From positions 1 to 64,000 of the forward strand of contig CAVTHS010000004.1 in NCBI GenBank assembly GCA_963734535.1: 64,000 nt of DNA, read 5' to 3'. Positions 27,921 to 37,804 of this stretch are shown piece by piece. The DNA comes from an uncultured Chloroflexia bacterium. GTDB lineage: Bacteria > Chloroflexota > Limnocylindria > Limnocylindrales > CSP1-4. Numbering within the stretch: position 1 is the stretch's first letter; each line of letters starts with the position of its first letter. The translations under genes and the position numbers were made by a program. A model generated the notes under the pieces. The model made no database searches, was not told the origin of the DNA, and saw only the letters and a list, made by a program, of their open reading frames with translations.

Positions 27921-28367
27921 ATGCGTTCACTCCGAAGGCTCGTCGTGATGGGAGCCACGGTCATGGCACTTGCGGTCGCCGTCCCATCCGTGTCGGCGGA
28001 CTCGCCGAAGGCGTTCCACCTGGACAAGACCTGCTCGGCCGACGCGTCGGAGCCCCTCGGCTACGTCTGCACCATCCAGCACTCGGACTTCAAATGGTTC
28101 CCGCCCGGCACCAAGGTCCACTACCTCAGCCAGGTTGGGAACGTGGTGCAGGCGACCATCAGGATCGAGAGCGGCAGCACGAGCGGTGCCTGCGTCTGGA
28201 GCAGCGCCGTCAATGCCGTTTGCACCTTCGACACGGGGACCGGACGGTTGCGTGAGTTCCACCTCCGGGTCGTCGTGACGGCGAACGCCGACGCGTCCAT
28301 CTGGTACTGGGACGGGTGGTACTCGTTCGGGGATGGCGGCGGTGACCGTGAGGACGGACACGACTGA
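27921..28367 (+). CDS. Small secreted beta-rich protein with four Cys
   Basis: AAGGAG RBS; signal peptide ending near VSA; alternating beta-strand pattern. Confidence 0.8.
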   Translation: MRSLRRLVVMGATVMALAVAVPSVSADSPKAFHLDKTCSADASEPLGYVCTIQHSDFKWFPPGTKVHYLSQVGNVVQATIRIESGSTSGACVWSSAVNAVCTFDTGTGRLREFHLRVVVTANADASIWYWDGWYSFGDGGGDREDGHD

Positions 28368-28436
28368 CGAGAGCCCCGGGCACGTGGCCCCGGCTCGATC
28401 ATCGAGGGGTCCTGCCACGGGCGGGTCCCCTCGGGG

Positions 28437-29300
28437 TCATGTCGCTGGCACCTCTGCGCCTCCCGGGGTGGCTGCCGCCGTCACCCGCAGCACCCCAATT
28501 CCCTGCGACCCGCGCCACACGAGGAGCGCCGCGACGACACACCCCGCGACGAGGTATGCCAGCGGCAACAGGTCCGGGAAGGTCGCCCCCGGCGACGGCA
28601 CCCGGAGGAGCTGGTTCCCCGCGCGGAAGACCAGGAACGAGGCCGCGAACGCGAGCGCCGGCACCCCGGGAGCCGCGCCACGTCGCCGGAGCCCGAGCGC
28701 GATCGCCGCGCAGCCAAGGGCCGCAGCGAGCTCGTAGAGCTGGGTCGGATGGATGGGCACGGCAGCGTCCGAGGTGCCGAGGAGGCCGATGCCCCCGAGG
28801 ATCTGCGTGTCGATGCCCTGCCCGGTCGTCGGGAAGGCGACTCCCCACGGGAGGTCCGTCGGCGACCCGCCGCAGCAGCCGGCGAGGAAGCACCCGACCC
28901 GCATGAGGACGATACCCGCTGCGACGGCCGGGACGGCCGAGTCGGCCAGCGACCATATGGAGAGGCGCCAGCGCCGGGCCGCAAGGGACGTCACGACGAG
29001 GCCCGCGGCGAGACCGCCGGCAAGCGCGAAGCCCCGGGGCTCGAGCGCGATGATGCGCCCCGGGTCCTGTGCATACGGGCCCCAGTCGAGGGCCACGTCG
29101 AGGAGTCGCGCTCCGACGAGCCCCGCGAGGATCGCGAGCGAGTAGCCCGCGACGGCGGCCCGCGGAGAGACACCCAGGCGAGCCGCGCCGCGCGCGGCGA
29201 GCGCCAGCGCCATGACAGCCGCGAGAACCAAGAACGTGCCGTACGCCGGCACGTCGATCGTCGCGTCCCCCAGGGAGACAGTCGCCAGGATCGGCCACAT
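28437..29300 (-). CDS. Prolipoprotein diacylglyceryl transferase (Lgt)-like protein
   Basis: YG, GLVGARL, D...PA, RVGCFLAGCC.G, PWGV.FP, HPTQLYE. Confidence 0.88.
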   Translation of the reverse strand: MWPILATVSLGDATIDVPAYGTFLVLAAVMALALAARGAARLGVSPRAAVAGYSLAILAGLVGARLLDVALDWGPYAQDPGRIIALEPRGFALAGGLAAGLVVTSLAARRWRLSIWSLADSAVPAVAAGIVLMRVGCFLAGCCGGSPTDLPWGVAFPTTGQGIDTQILGGIGLLGTSDAAVPIHPTQLYELAAALGCAAIALGLRRRGAAPGVPALAFAASFLVFRAGNQLLRVPSPGATFPDLLPLAYLVAGCVVAALLVWRGSQGIGVLRVTAAATPGGAEVPAT

Positions 29301-29313
29301 GGGACAGCGGTCG

Positions 29314-30984
29314 CTACGCGGGATCGACCGTCCAGGCGGCCTTGGCCGAGAAGCCCTTGCCGCTGACGGTCATCGTTCCCTGGATGACGATGCCACCACC
29401 GTTGTCGACGACGACGCCGGACATCGCGCTCGTGGACCCGCTCGACTGCTCGAGCTGGAAGGTGAGCTTGTTGCCGACATACGTGAATGGCAGGGTCTGG
29501 GGCGAGCTCTGGAGCGGCTTGCCCTTGGCGTCCTTGAGCGACGACATGTCGATCTTGATCACCGCTGTGCCCCTGGTCATGACCCCCATCGTGATGGTCA
29601 TGCTCATCGGCAGCGGCTTGCCTTTCAGCGCGTCGAGCATGTCCAGCGTGCAGCCCTGCGCCTCGGCCTCCTTCTGCATCTCCGGGTCGACGTTCACCTC
29701 GGTGAAGGTGAGCGTCCCTGCCCACGTGCCGTTGATGTCGACCGCCTTCGTCCACCAGGCGGTCTCGTAGGGCGTCTCGCCGTTCTCGTCCCACATGAAG
29801 GCGCGCGGATCGCCGGGCTCGGGGCGCAGGAGGTACATCGACTTGATCGCCTGGTCCAGCTTCTGGAGTTGGCCATCCTCGTCGATGAGGTACATCTTCC
29901 CGCCGATGAGGACCTCGCCCCAGGCGTGCGGGTGATCCCTATCCCCCGCGTAGCCGAAGACGCCCTTCGCGGGATAGCCCTTGGCCCGGAACATCGAGAC
30001 GAGCGCGTTGGTGACGTCGGTGCAGTCACCCCTCATGTTGCCCGTCGTGAGGAAGGCGCCGGGCTTCTGCCAGTTGGTGCCGGCCGCATCCGAGTAGCGC
30101 CCGCCCAGTGTCATCGGCTTCCCGTCGGGTCCGACGAGCGTCACCGGCGCAACGCCGCTCGCGTTCGTCTGGAGGTAGTTGCCCAGCTTCTTCGGGTCGC
30201 CGAGGGGAACGCCGCCCACCGTGGCCGTCGCGGCTGCCGCCGAGACCGCGGGGTCGGTCGGGGCGATCCACTTCGACGCCTGCTTGTCGCTGATCGGGTC
30301 GCTGTTCGTGCCCTCGCCGCCGTAGTACCAGTGGACGCCGGCGTTGGCGAGGGCGCCGAGGGTCAGCCCGACGGCGAGGACGGGAATCCAGGCGATGCCG
30401 TTGAACGCCTTCAACCGCACGGTCACCGTGTGCGCGGTGATATCCACCTGTCCGCCGGCCACGACCCAGCGGGTGCCGTCGAAGTAGGCCGCGCCCAGCC
30501 TGCCGGCATCCGTGCCGCCCGGCACGTACTGGGGGTCATACGGCAGCGTGACCTCGACCGGCTGCGCGAACTGCACGCCCGACGGCCCGAAGTCGTACGG
30601 GTGCCCGATCGGGATCGCGGACACGTCGTTCGGAGCGGACGGCGCGAAGACGTTCATGTGGAATGGGGCGTTGAGCCGCGAGACGACGACCCTCGTGTCG
30701 CCCGTGACGCCTCCCGCCGGTATCGCGAGCGTGACACCGTCCGCCGCGATGGATGCGCCGGCGGTGGTCACGACGCTGGTGCTCACCACATCGATGGGAA
30801 CGTCGATGACGGTGGGGCCCGCCATCGGCGTGTCGACCGCCGGCAGGCTCGATTCGACGGGCGCGGCGGTGGCGGCGGCACCGGCCGACGACGGCGGGCT
30901 CGATGGTGCCGTTGCCGGGGCGCCCGAGCAGCCCGCGACAAGGACGAACGACAGGACGACGGCGCCGAACGACCGGCTGGTCAT
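29314..30984 (-). CDS. Lipoprotein with ZU5-like and transglutaminase-like (Cys-His-Asp) domains
   Basis: Lipobox LVAGC; YDFGPSGVQFAQPVEVTLPYD; GDCTD, HAWGEV, LIDEDG. Confidence 0.82.
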   Translation of the reverse strand: MTSRSFGAVVLSFVLVAGCSGAPATAPSSPPSSAGAAATAAPVESSLPAVDTPMAGPTVIDVPIDVVSTSVVTTAGASIAADGVTLAIPAGGVTGDTRVVVSRLNAPFHMNVFAPSAPNDVSAIPIGHPYDFGPSGVQFAQPVEVTLPYDPQYVPGGTDAGRLGAAYFDGTRWVVAGGQVDITAHTVTVRLKAFNGIAWIPVLAVGLTLGALANAGVHWYYGGEGTNSDPISDKQASKWIAPTDPAVSAAAATATVGGVPLGDPKKLGNYLQTNASGVAPVTLVGPDGKPMTLGGRYSDAAGTNWQKPGAFLTTGNMRGDCTDVTNALVSMFRAKGYPAKGVFGYAGDRDHPHAWGEVLIGGKMYLIDEDGQLQKLDQAIKSMYLLRPEPGDPRAFMWDENGETPYETAWWTKAVDINGTWAGTLTFTEVNVDPEMQKEAEAQGCTLDMLDALKGKPLPMSMTITMGVMTRGTAVIKIDMSSLKDAKGKPLQSSPQTLPFTYVGNKLTFQLEQSSGSTSAMSGVVVDNGGGIVIQGTMTVSGKGFSAKAAWTVDPA

Positions 30985-31287
30985 GGCAGGGGCTCCCTCC
31001 GACCGGCCGGGCGGTGATGCCAATCCATCACGCCGGCCCTCCTCGTTGCCCATGGGCTCGATGGGTCACCGGATCGCTCGTCGAACGTGGTGCCCTCCCG
31101 ATCACGCAGGCGGGCTCGATCGGCAACGAGACGCGTCCGAACCGTAGCGGCTGTCGCCGGGCCGCGACCCGGTACTTCTTCCCCCATCACAGGGTCCTTC
31201 GGCCGTGCAATGCGATGCGATCGGCCCGCGGCCGCACGGCCGCGCCACCGGTCGCGGCGACGCCTCGTCCGGGTCGATACTTGGGGC

Positions 31288-32415
31288 GTGGCCTTCACCG
31301 CGTTCACTCCGGGTCGCCGACGCCTTGCATCCCTGCGCCTCTCCGCGCAGCGGATCAGCGGACGCGAGCCGTCGACGCCCGGTGAGAGCGTCCGCTGGAT
31401 GCTCGCGATGCAGGCGCAGGACCTGCCTGGCGCGAAGTGGTCGGTCGGGCTTCGCGCGCGCCAGACGACCGAGGCCTCGGTTGACGCGGCGTGCGACGCC
31501 GGGGAGATCGTCCGGTCCTGGCCGATGCGGGGGACCCTGCACCTCGTGCCCGCCGAGGATCTCCGCTGGATGCTCGAGCTCACCGCGCCCCGGGCGCTCG
31601 CCTCGGCCGCATCTCGTCGCGCCTTCCTCGGGATCGCCGATGCCGACGTCGAGCGAGCGCGCGCGATCGCCGTCGCGTCGCTGTCCGGGGGCCGCATCCT
31701 CGCGCGGGACGCCATCCTCGCCGCCATCGCCGCGGGTGGCGTGAGCACCGACGGCCAGCGCGGCTATCACCTCCTCTGGTACCTCGCCCAGACCGGCACG
31801 CTCGTCCTGGGAGCGACCGCGGGCAGGCAGCAGACCTTCGCCCTGCTCGACGAGTGGGTGCCGGAGCCGCGGAGGCTGGAGCACGACGAGGCGCTCGGTG
31901 AGCTCGCCTTCCGCTACTTCCGAAGCCACGGGCCGGCCACGTTGCGCGACCTTGCGAGGTGGTCCGGGCTCACCATGCGCGACGTGCGCCGCGGCGTCGC
32001 CGTCAGCAGGGGCATGCTCGCCGACCTGGAGCTCGACGGGGTGACGTACCACCTGGCGCCGGAAACCCTGTCGAGCGCCGCGCCAGCCCCACGCGTGTAC
32101 CTCCTTCCGGGGTTCGATGAGTACCTGCTTGGGTACCAGGATCGGAGCGCGGCCCTCGCCCCGGAGCACGGCGCCGCGGTCGTCCCGGGCAGCAACGGGA
32201 TGTTCATGCCCACCATCGTGGCCGCTGGCGAGGTCGTGGGAACCTGGAAGCGCACGGTCAGGGCGCGCGAGATCCTGGTCGAACCGCTGCCCTTTGGGCC
32301 ACTGTCCGCTTGGGTCCGGGAGGGGCTCGTCGAGGCGGCCCGCGAATACGGCGCCTTCCTGGGCCGGCCGTCCCGGCTCGGCGAGCCTCGCCCCGTGAGC
32401 CCTCCTCCCGGGTGA
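31288..32415 (+). CDS. AlkZ-like (HTH_42 winged-helix) DNA glycosylase family protein
   Basis: MQAQD, WPMRGTLH, RYFRSHGPAT..DLARWSGL, LLPGFDEYLLGY.DR, GEVVGTW; start inferred. Confidence 0.9.
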   Translation: MAFTAFTPGRRRLASLRLSAQRISGREPSTPGESVRWMLAMQAQDLPGAKWSVGLRARQTTEASVDAACDAGEIVRSWPMRGTLHLVPAEDLRWMLELTAPRALASAASRRAFLGIADADVERARAIAVASLSGGRILARDAILAAIAAGGVSTDGQRGYHLLWYLAQTGTLVLGATAGRQQTFALLDEWVPEPRRLEHDEALGELAFRYFRSHGPATLRDLARWSGLTMRDVRRGVAVSRGMLADLELDGVTYHLAPETLSSAAPAPRVYLLPGFDEYLLGYQDRSAALAPEHGAAVVPGSNGMFMPTIVAAGEVVGTWKRTVRAREILVEPLPFGPLSAWVREGLVEAAREYGAFLGRPSRLGEPRPVSPPPG

Positions 32416-32452
32416 CGCCGCGGGGCGCGATCGATGCCGGCCAGCTGGCCTG

Positions 32453-33088
32453 TCAGAACCCGATTCGCTCCAGGATCGGGGCCATCCGGCGCGCCGCGCG
32501 GGCGCGGTGCGAGACGGCCTGCTTGCGTTCGGGCGGCCACTCCCCCACCGTGGCGCCACCAGCTCGCTCCGAGGCGGGCTCGAAGATCGGGTCGTACCCG
32601 AATCCGTTCGAGCCGCGGGGCGCGAGGGCGATCCGGCCCGAGAACGTGCCGCGAGCGCACACCACCGGGAGGCCGCCCCGGGGGCCCGCTCGCGCTGGAA
32701 GCGCCAGGGCCAGGACGCACCGGTAGCGCGCGCCGCGCCGCGCCACCGGCACGGCGGCGAGCGCCGCGAGGAGCTTCGCGTTGTTCTGCTCGTCGGTCGC
32801 GTCCTCGCCGGCGTAGCGGCGCGTCCGAACGCCGGGGCCGCCACCGAGGGCGTCCACCTCCAGGCCGGAGTCGTCGGCCAGCGTCGGCAGGCCGGAGCGC
32901 CGCGCATAGAAGCGTGCCTTGAGCGCCGCGTTTGCCGCGAAGGTGGCGCCCGTCTCTTCGGCATCGTCGGCGATCCCCACGTCGTCGAGCGAGACGAGGG
33001 TGGCGCGGGCCGGCCGGAGGAGGTCGCGCAGCTCTCCCAGCTTGTGGCGGGAGCGGGTCGCGACGAGGATTCGCTGCGCGGTCGTCAC
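32453..33088 (-). CDS. rdgB: Non-canonical purine NTP pyrophosphatase (RdgB/HAM1)
   Basis: [29 protein letters not shown]. Confidence 0.96.
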   Translation of the reverse strand: MTTAQRILVATRSRHKLGELRDLLRPARATLVSLDDVGIADDAEETGATFAANAALKARFYARRSGLPTLADDSGLEVDALGGGPGVRTRRYAGEDATDEQNNAKLLAALAAVPVARRGARYRCVLALALPARAGPRGGLPVVCARGTFSGRIALAPRGSNGFGYDPIFEPASERAGGATVGEWPPERKQAVSHRARAARRMAPILERIGF

Positions 33089-33822
33089 CGTTTCACGGTG
33101 GCGATCGCGGCGGCCTGCGCCTCGAACAGTCTCCCGAGCCCGAGGTGCGCGAGGTCGAGCAGGCCGTCGAGCTCCTCGCGGGAGAACGCGCGGCCCTCGG
33201 CCGTGCCCTGGAGCTCGACATAGCGGCCGGCGTCCGTCCCGACCACGTTGAAATCCACCTGTGCGACGTGGTCCTCCGCGTAATCGAGATCGAGCACGTT
33301 CGCCCCGTTCACCATGCCCACGCTGACGGCCGCCACCTTCCCGATCAGCAGGCGCTCCATCCCGAACGTGATGAGCGCCGCCGCCAGCGCCACGTACCCG
33401 CCGGTGATGCTGGCCGTGCGGGTGCCCCCGTCGGCCTGGAGGACGTCGCAGTCAACCGTGACCGTCCGCTCGCCGAGTCGCGAGAGGTCAACGACCCCGC
33501 GCAGGGACCGCCCGACCAGGCGCTGGATCTCGTGGGTGCGTCCGCCGACGCGCCCGGCCGTCGACTCGCGCTGAGTCCGCTCGGCGGTCGCGCGGGGCAG
33601 CATCGCGTATTCCGCGGTGACCCAGCCGGTGCCCTTCCCCCGGAGATGGGGCGGCACGCGGTCCTCGATCGTGGCGGCGCAGAGGACCTCCGTGTCGCCG
33701 ACGCGGATGCGACAGGACCCCTCGGCCCACTTCTGGAGCCCTAGCGTGAGGCTGACCGCGCGCAGCTCGTCGGGCCGTCGCCCGGAGGGGCGCACGACCG
33801 GCGCGCGGTTCCCGATCGTCAT
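33085..33822 (-). CDS. rph: Ribonuclease PH
   Basis: [43 protein letters not shown]. Confidence 0.97.
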   Translation of the reverse strand: MTIGNRAPVVRPSGRRPDELRAVSLTLGLQKWAEGSCRIRVGDTEVLCAATIEDRVPPHLRGKGTGWVTAEYAMLPRATAERTQRESTAGRVGGRTHEIQRLVGRSLRGVVDLSRLGERTVTVDCDVLQADGGTRTASITGGYVALAAALITFGMERLLIGKVAAVSVGMVNGANVLDLDYAEDHVAQVDFNVVGTDAGRYVELQGTAEGRAFSREELDGLLDLAHLGLGRLFEAQAAAIATVKR

Positions 33823-35006
33823 GATCCCGTCTCCTCGCCGACGATAGCCGGCTCACCATGTTCGGCCAGCTCCGCCTTGGCCTGGTCCCACAGCACGTCG
33901 AGCTCCGGGAACGAGAGGTCCCGCAACGCCACGCCGCGCGCCGCCGCCAGGCGTTCCACGATGCCGAAGCGTCGCCGGAACTTGCCGTTCGCGCCACGCA
34001 GCGCGGCCTCCGCGTCGACGCCATGATGCCGCGCCAGGTTCACGAGCACCATCAGGAGGTCGCCGACCTCCTCGGCGCGCTCCGCGGCGGTCCGGGCCTC
34101 GGCGAGCTCGGCGAGCTCCTCGTCCACCTTGGCGAGGACGCCCACGATGCTGGGCCAGTCGTAGCCGATGTGGGCCGCCCGTTCCTGCATCTCCTGGCTC
34201 GCGGCCAGCGCGGGCAGGGACCGGCTGATTCCCTCGAGCGCACTCTTCGGGGCCGGCGACCCGTCGCCCGCCGAGGCCTCGGCGGCCCGCTCCGCCTGCT
34301 TGATCCGCTCCCACTGCCGGTTCACGTCGGTCGCGGTCCGCGCCTCCGCATCCCCGAACACGTGCGGGTGGCGCCGGACGATCTTGCTCGCGATCGCTGC
34401 CTGGACGTCGGCGAGGTCGAAGACACCCGCCTCCGCGGCAAGCTGCGCATGGAGCACCACCTGGAGCCAGAGGTCGCCCAGCTCTCCCGCCAGCGCCGGC
34501 GTGGCCCCGTCCGCGAGCGCGTCGTAGACCTCGTACGCCTCCTCGAGCAGGTGGTTGCGGAGCGACTCGTGGGTCTGCTCCCGGTCCCACGGGCAGCCGT
34601 CCGTGGCCCGCAGCCGGTTGGAGATCCAGGGCATCCCCCAGGGCGACGCGAACGCGGCCTCCGGTGCGAGCGGGGCCAGGTAGAGGGGACCGGCCAGGTC
34701 GAGCGCGGTCAGGGCGCCGACAGTCGTCGCGTCCGGCGATCCGAAGCGGCCCACGGCGTGGTCCGGCGGGTAGAGCCGACGGATGACCGCGATCGGGTCC
34801 TGGGCACCGTGCCCATGTCGCCCGGGCAGGGCCGTTGGAAGCGTGGCCGGTGCCGCGGCGCGGAGCACGGCCAGCGGCACGATCATGACCGGCCGCGTGG
34901 GCTCGAGCGGGAGTTCCACCAGCCGCTCGGCCGGGAGCAGCGCGACGCCGTCAGCCGGGTCCAACGCCCAGCGCATGCGCGCCTCGGCGAGAAGCGCGTC
35001 CAGCAT
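33819..35006 (-). CDS. mazG: Nucleoside triphosphate pyrophosphohydrolase MazG with N-terminal extension
   Basis: [39 protein letters not shown]. Confidence 0.95.
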   Translation of the reverse strand: MLDALLAEARMRWALDPADGVALLPAERLVELPLEPTRPVMIVPLAVLRAAAPATLPTALPGRHGHGAQDPIAVIRRLYPPDHAVGRFGSPDATTVGALTALDLAGPLYLAPLAPEAAFASPWGMPWISNRLRATDGCPWDREQTHESLRNHLLEEAYEVYDALADGATPALAGELGDLWLQVVLHAQLAAEAGVFDLADVQAAIASKIVRRHPHVFGDAEARTATDVNRQWERIKQAERAAEASAGDGSPAPKSALEGISRSLPALAASQEMQERAAHIGYDWPSIVGVLAKVDEELAELAEARTAAERAEEVGDLLMVLVNLARHHGVDAEAALRGANGKFRRRFGIVERLAAARGVALRDLSFPELDVLWDQAKAELAEHGEPAIVGEETGS

Positions 35007-35016
35007 CGCCGGGCCG

Positions 35017-36768
35017 TCAGGCTCCCGTCGTGGACGTGCTGACCAGCCGCTCGATCGTGGTCTGCTTCGGATCGGACTTGACGCTCTGGTACCAGTTGTT
35101 GAAGGCGTCGCTCTTCAACGTCTCGGCCTGGGCCGCGTCGGGCAGGCGGCTCTGCACATTCGTGACCTTGAAGATTCGGATGCCGTCGCTCGCGGTGATC
35201 GGCCCGCTGATCCCGCCGGCCGCGAGGGCGTCGATTGCCGATTCCTGCTCGGTCGCCAGCTGGTACTTGGCGACCCAGCCCATTGCACCACCCTTCGTGG
35301 CAGACGGGTCGATCGAGTTGTCCTCGGCAAGCTTCGCGAAGTCGGCGCCCGGCGCCGCAGCCGCGGTTTCGAGCTGGGCGGCCCGCGTCAGCGGGTCAGC
35401 GGCGGAGACGAACTCGATGACGTGCCACCCGAAGGCGGACTTCACCGGCGGGAGAAGCTGGCCGGCGGTGAGTCCCGGGGCGAAGATGGCCGCGGCGAAC
35501 GCCGGGTCGAGCGACGTGGTCGTATCGCTCTTCGAGAAGTACGGCAGGTACCCGTTCGCCGCCCCGGAGCCGGTATCTGCGCTGGTCGCGGCCAGGGACG
35601 CGAACGTGTCGGTGCCTGCCTTCAGCTTCGCGTAGGTGTCGTCCGCCTCCTGCTTGGCCTTCGCCCACGCCGGGTCGTCGGCCTTCACGTTCGCGGCCCC
35701 GTTCGGGTCGTTGTTCGGCGAGTAGAGGATGTGCTTGACGAGCACCGCGTCGGGCGGGACCGTCTGGCCGCTGTTGTTCTCCAGGACGATGACCGAGACC
35801 TCGCGCTGCTCGGACGGAGCCGAGACGACCTCGGCGATCACCTGTGCCTCGACCTTGGTCTTGAGCGCGACGGCGCGGGCCACGCGCTTGTAGGCGTCGA
35901 GGCTGATGCCCGCGTCGCCGATTCGCTTCGTGTAGTCGGGGTCCACCTGCTCGGGAGCGATCTCCGTGAGCCGGCCGATCCGGAACGTCCCGTCGCTGCC
36001 CTTGATCACGTCCGTGTAGCCGGGCGCCGCGAGCGCGTAGATCGCGTCCACGAACGCCTTGTCGGGGGTCGTGCTGCCCTTGTTGATGAAGAGGAGGTCG
36101 CCGTTGTTGGCCGCGGCCGTGGCATCTCCCGACGCCTTCACGACGTCCTCCCAGGTCTTGCCGCCCTTGAGGTCGGCGAGGAGGCCCGCGGCCTTCGTCT
36201 GCGCCGCCGCAACCTGCGCATCCGTCGCGGCCTTCGCGCCAGGGCTCACGACCGGGGCGATCGCGATCTGGAACACGTGGCGGCTCTCCAGGGTCGTGGC
36301 ATCGGTCGTGATCTGGGCCTGCACGTCAGCGTCGGTCACGGTGACACCGCGCTTGGCGGCCAGCTGGAGGAGGAGCTCCGTGTCGATCTCGTCCTCGAGG
36401 GCGACGGTCGCGACCTGCTGCTTCTGCTGCGCGATGTACTGGATCACCTGCTGGCCCTGCGCCGCCGACTCGTGGCCCGCCTGCACCGCCTCGCGGGTTC
36501 GCGACTCCGCATCGTCGAGCCGGAACGACTCGATCTTGACCCGCTCGCGGAGCTGGTCCTTGGTGATGGAGGCCCCGTTCACCCGCGCGACCGGCGCGAG
36601 GTGGTCGCCGATCCAGCTGGCCGCCCCGGCTCCGACGAGAAGGACGACGGCGACGACCACGATCAGGCCGAAGCCGATGTTCATGTACAGGTTCCGTCGT
36701 CCGTCGTCGGCGTGGCTGCCGCGGCGGCGGGTCGTCGGCTTCGTGGTGGGGCGAGCGCGGAATGTCAT
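35017..36768 (-). CDS. Membrane-anchored parvulin-type peptidyl-prolyl isomerase (SurA/PrsA-like) with several PPIase domains
   Basis: N-terminal TM, VARVNG..IT, HIL, PVKSAFGWHVI, FAKLAEDNSID...KGG.MGW. Confidence 0.9.
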   Translation of the reverse strand: MTFRARPTTKPTTRRRGSHADDGRRNLYMNIGFGLIVVVAVVLLVGAGAASWIGDHLAPVARVNGASITKDQLRERVKIESFRLDDAESRTREAVQAGHESAAQGQQVIQYIAQQKQQVATVALEDEIDTELLLQLAAKRGVTVTDADVQAQITTDATTLESRHVFQIAIAPVVSPGAKAATDAQVAAAQTKAAGLLADLKGGKTWEDVVKASGDATAAANNGDLLFINKGSTTPDKAFVDAIYALAAPGYTDVIKGSDGTFRIGRLTEIAPEQVDPDYTKRIGDAGISLDAYKRVARAVALKTKVEAQVIAEVVSAPSEQREVSVIVLENNSGQTVPPDAVLVKHILYSPNNDPNGAANVKADDPAWAKAKQEADDTYAKLKAGTDTFASLAATSADTGSGAANGYLPYFSKSDTTTSLDPAFAAAIFAPGLTAGQLLPPVKSAFGWHVIEFVSAADPLTRAAQLETAAAAPGADFAKLAEDNSIDPSATKGGAMGWVAKYQLATEQESAIDALAAGGISGPITASDGIRIFKVTNVQSRLPDAAQAETLKSDAFNNWYQSVKSDPKQTTIERLVSTSTTGA

Positions 36769-36910
36769 TGGTGGTGGATGCTCTCTGGTTGGGCGCGCAA
36801 CGAGCGGCCGCGCGCGGCGATGGGGTCGGCGGCATCGTACCGCACCGGACGGGAGGAGCAGGCCGGCGCGGCCCGGTGGGCGCGGCGGCCGCCTGGCGGA
36901 GGGTTGCTCG

Positions 36911-37747
36911 TCAGGCGGGAGCGTCCGGCCTGCGGAACAGGAGGAGCTTGCCGGACGGCGCAACCCCGGTGGGCATGACCATGCGATCGACCACTGACAG
37001 GACGCGGCCCACGAGTCGCGCCCGGCGTGGACCCTTCCGGGCCTGGCGAACGGCCGTGCGCCACGACCAGACGAAGCGCCCGATGTGCGGGAGCCCGTGC
37101 TCGATCGGGTTGTTGGCAACCGTGGTGCTCGCCGACGCGACCACGAGCTCGAGCCCGGCCGCCTCGAGCACCTCGCGGTAACGGGCGAGCGGGCGCGCCG
37201 TCGAGCTTGCCCCGGCCCGCAGCGGGCGGACGGACGCCTCCAGCAGCAGGGCCGGCTCGACGAGCAGGAGATGGCCCCCTGGGCGAACCGCCGTCGCGAC
37301 GTGACCGGCGGCAACGGCGAACCGGTCCTCGTCGATGATGTGCAGGAGGACGTTGAAGACAGTGACGAGGTCGTAGGAGCCGTCGGCCGGGATCACGCCC
37401 TCGTCGACGATGTCCCCCGCCGTGAACGTCGCGGCCGGAAACCGCTCCCGGAGGCGGGCGACGGCCTCCTCGGCGAGGTCGCAGCCGTCGACCCGCTCGG
37501 CGCCGAGGTGGTACCAGAACGGGGTCCAGTAGCCCGTGCCCACGCCGACCTCGAAGACCCGGGCCGGTGGCGGGGACAGGAGCCGATGCCGGCGCAGGAA
37601 GGCGCGGAGATTCCGTTCCAGCACCCGGTAGAGCCACACGTTGAGGTCGATCGGGAGGCCGGACTGGCCCACGGACCGGAGGCTCCCCTCGCGGTGGAGC
37701 TGCGTCCAGTACGCGCGGGGGTCGTACGCCGGCGGGGCATCCTGCAT
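36911..37747 (-). CDS. Class I SAM-dependent methyltransferase
   Basis: VFEVGVGTG, GCD, YDLV..FNVLLHI, RPGG; start MQDAPP inferred. Confidence 0.88.
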   Translation of the reverse strand: MQDAPPAYDPRAYWTQLHREGSLRSVGQSGLPIDLNVWLYRVLERNLRAFLRRHRLLSPPPARVFEVGVGTGYWTPFWYHLGAERVDGCDLAEEAVARLRERFPAATFTAGDIVDEGVIPADGSYDLVTVFNVLLHIIDEDRFAVAAGHVATAVRPGGHLLLVEPALLLEASVRPLRAGASSTARPLARYREVLEAAGLELVVASASTTVANNPIEHGLPHIGRFVWSWRTAVRQARKGPRRARLVGRVLSVVDRMVMPTGVAPSGKLLLFRRPDAPA

Positions 37748-37804
37748 CGCCGCGAGCATAGCGGCTCGGGGGCCCGCCTGGACCGCGGTCTGTCTCGGCG
37801 CCGG

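Noticed and set aside
31042-31130. c-di-AMP (ydaO) riboswitch identity for the structured leader
   Set aside because: The ends resemble it superficially, but the conserved internal ydaO motifs are absent.
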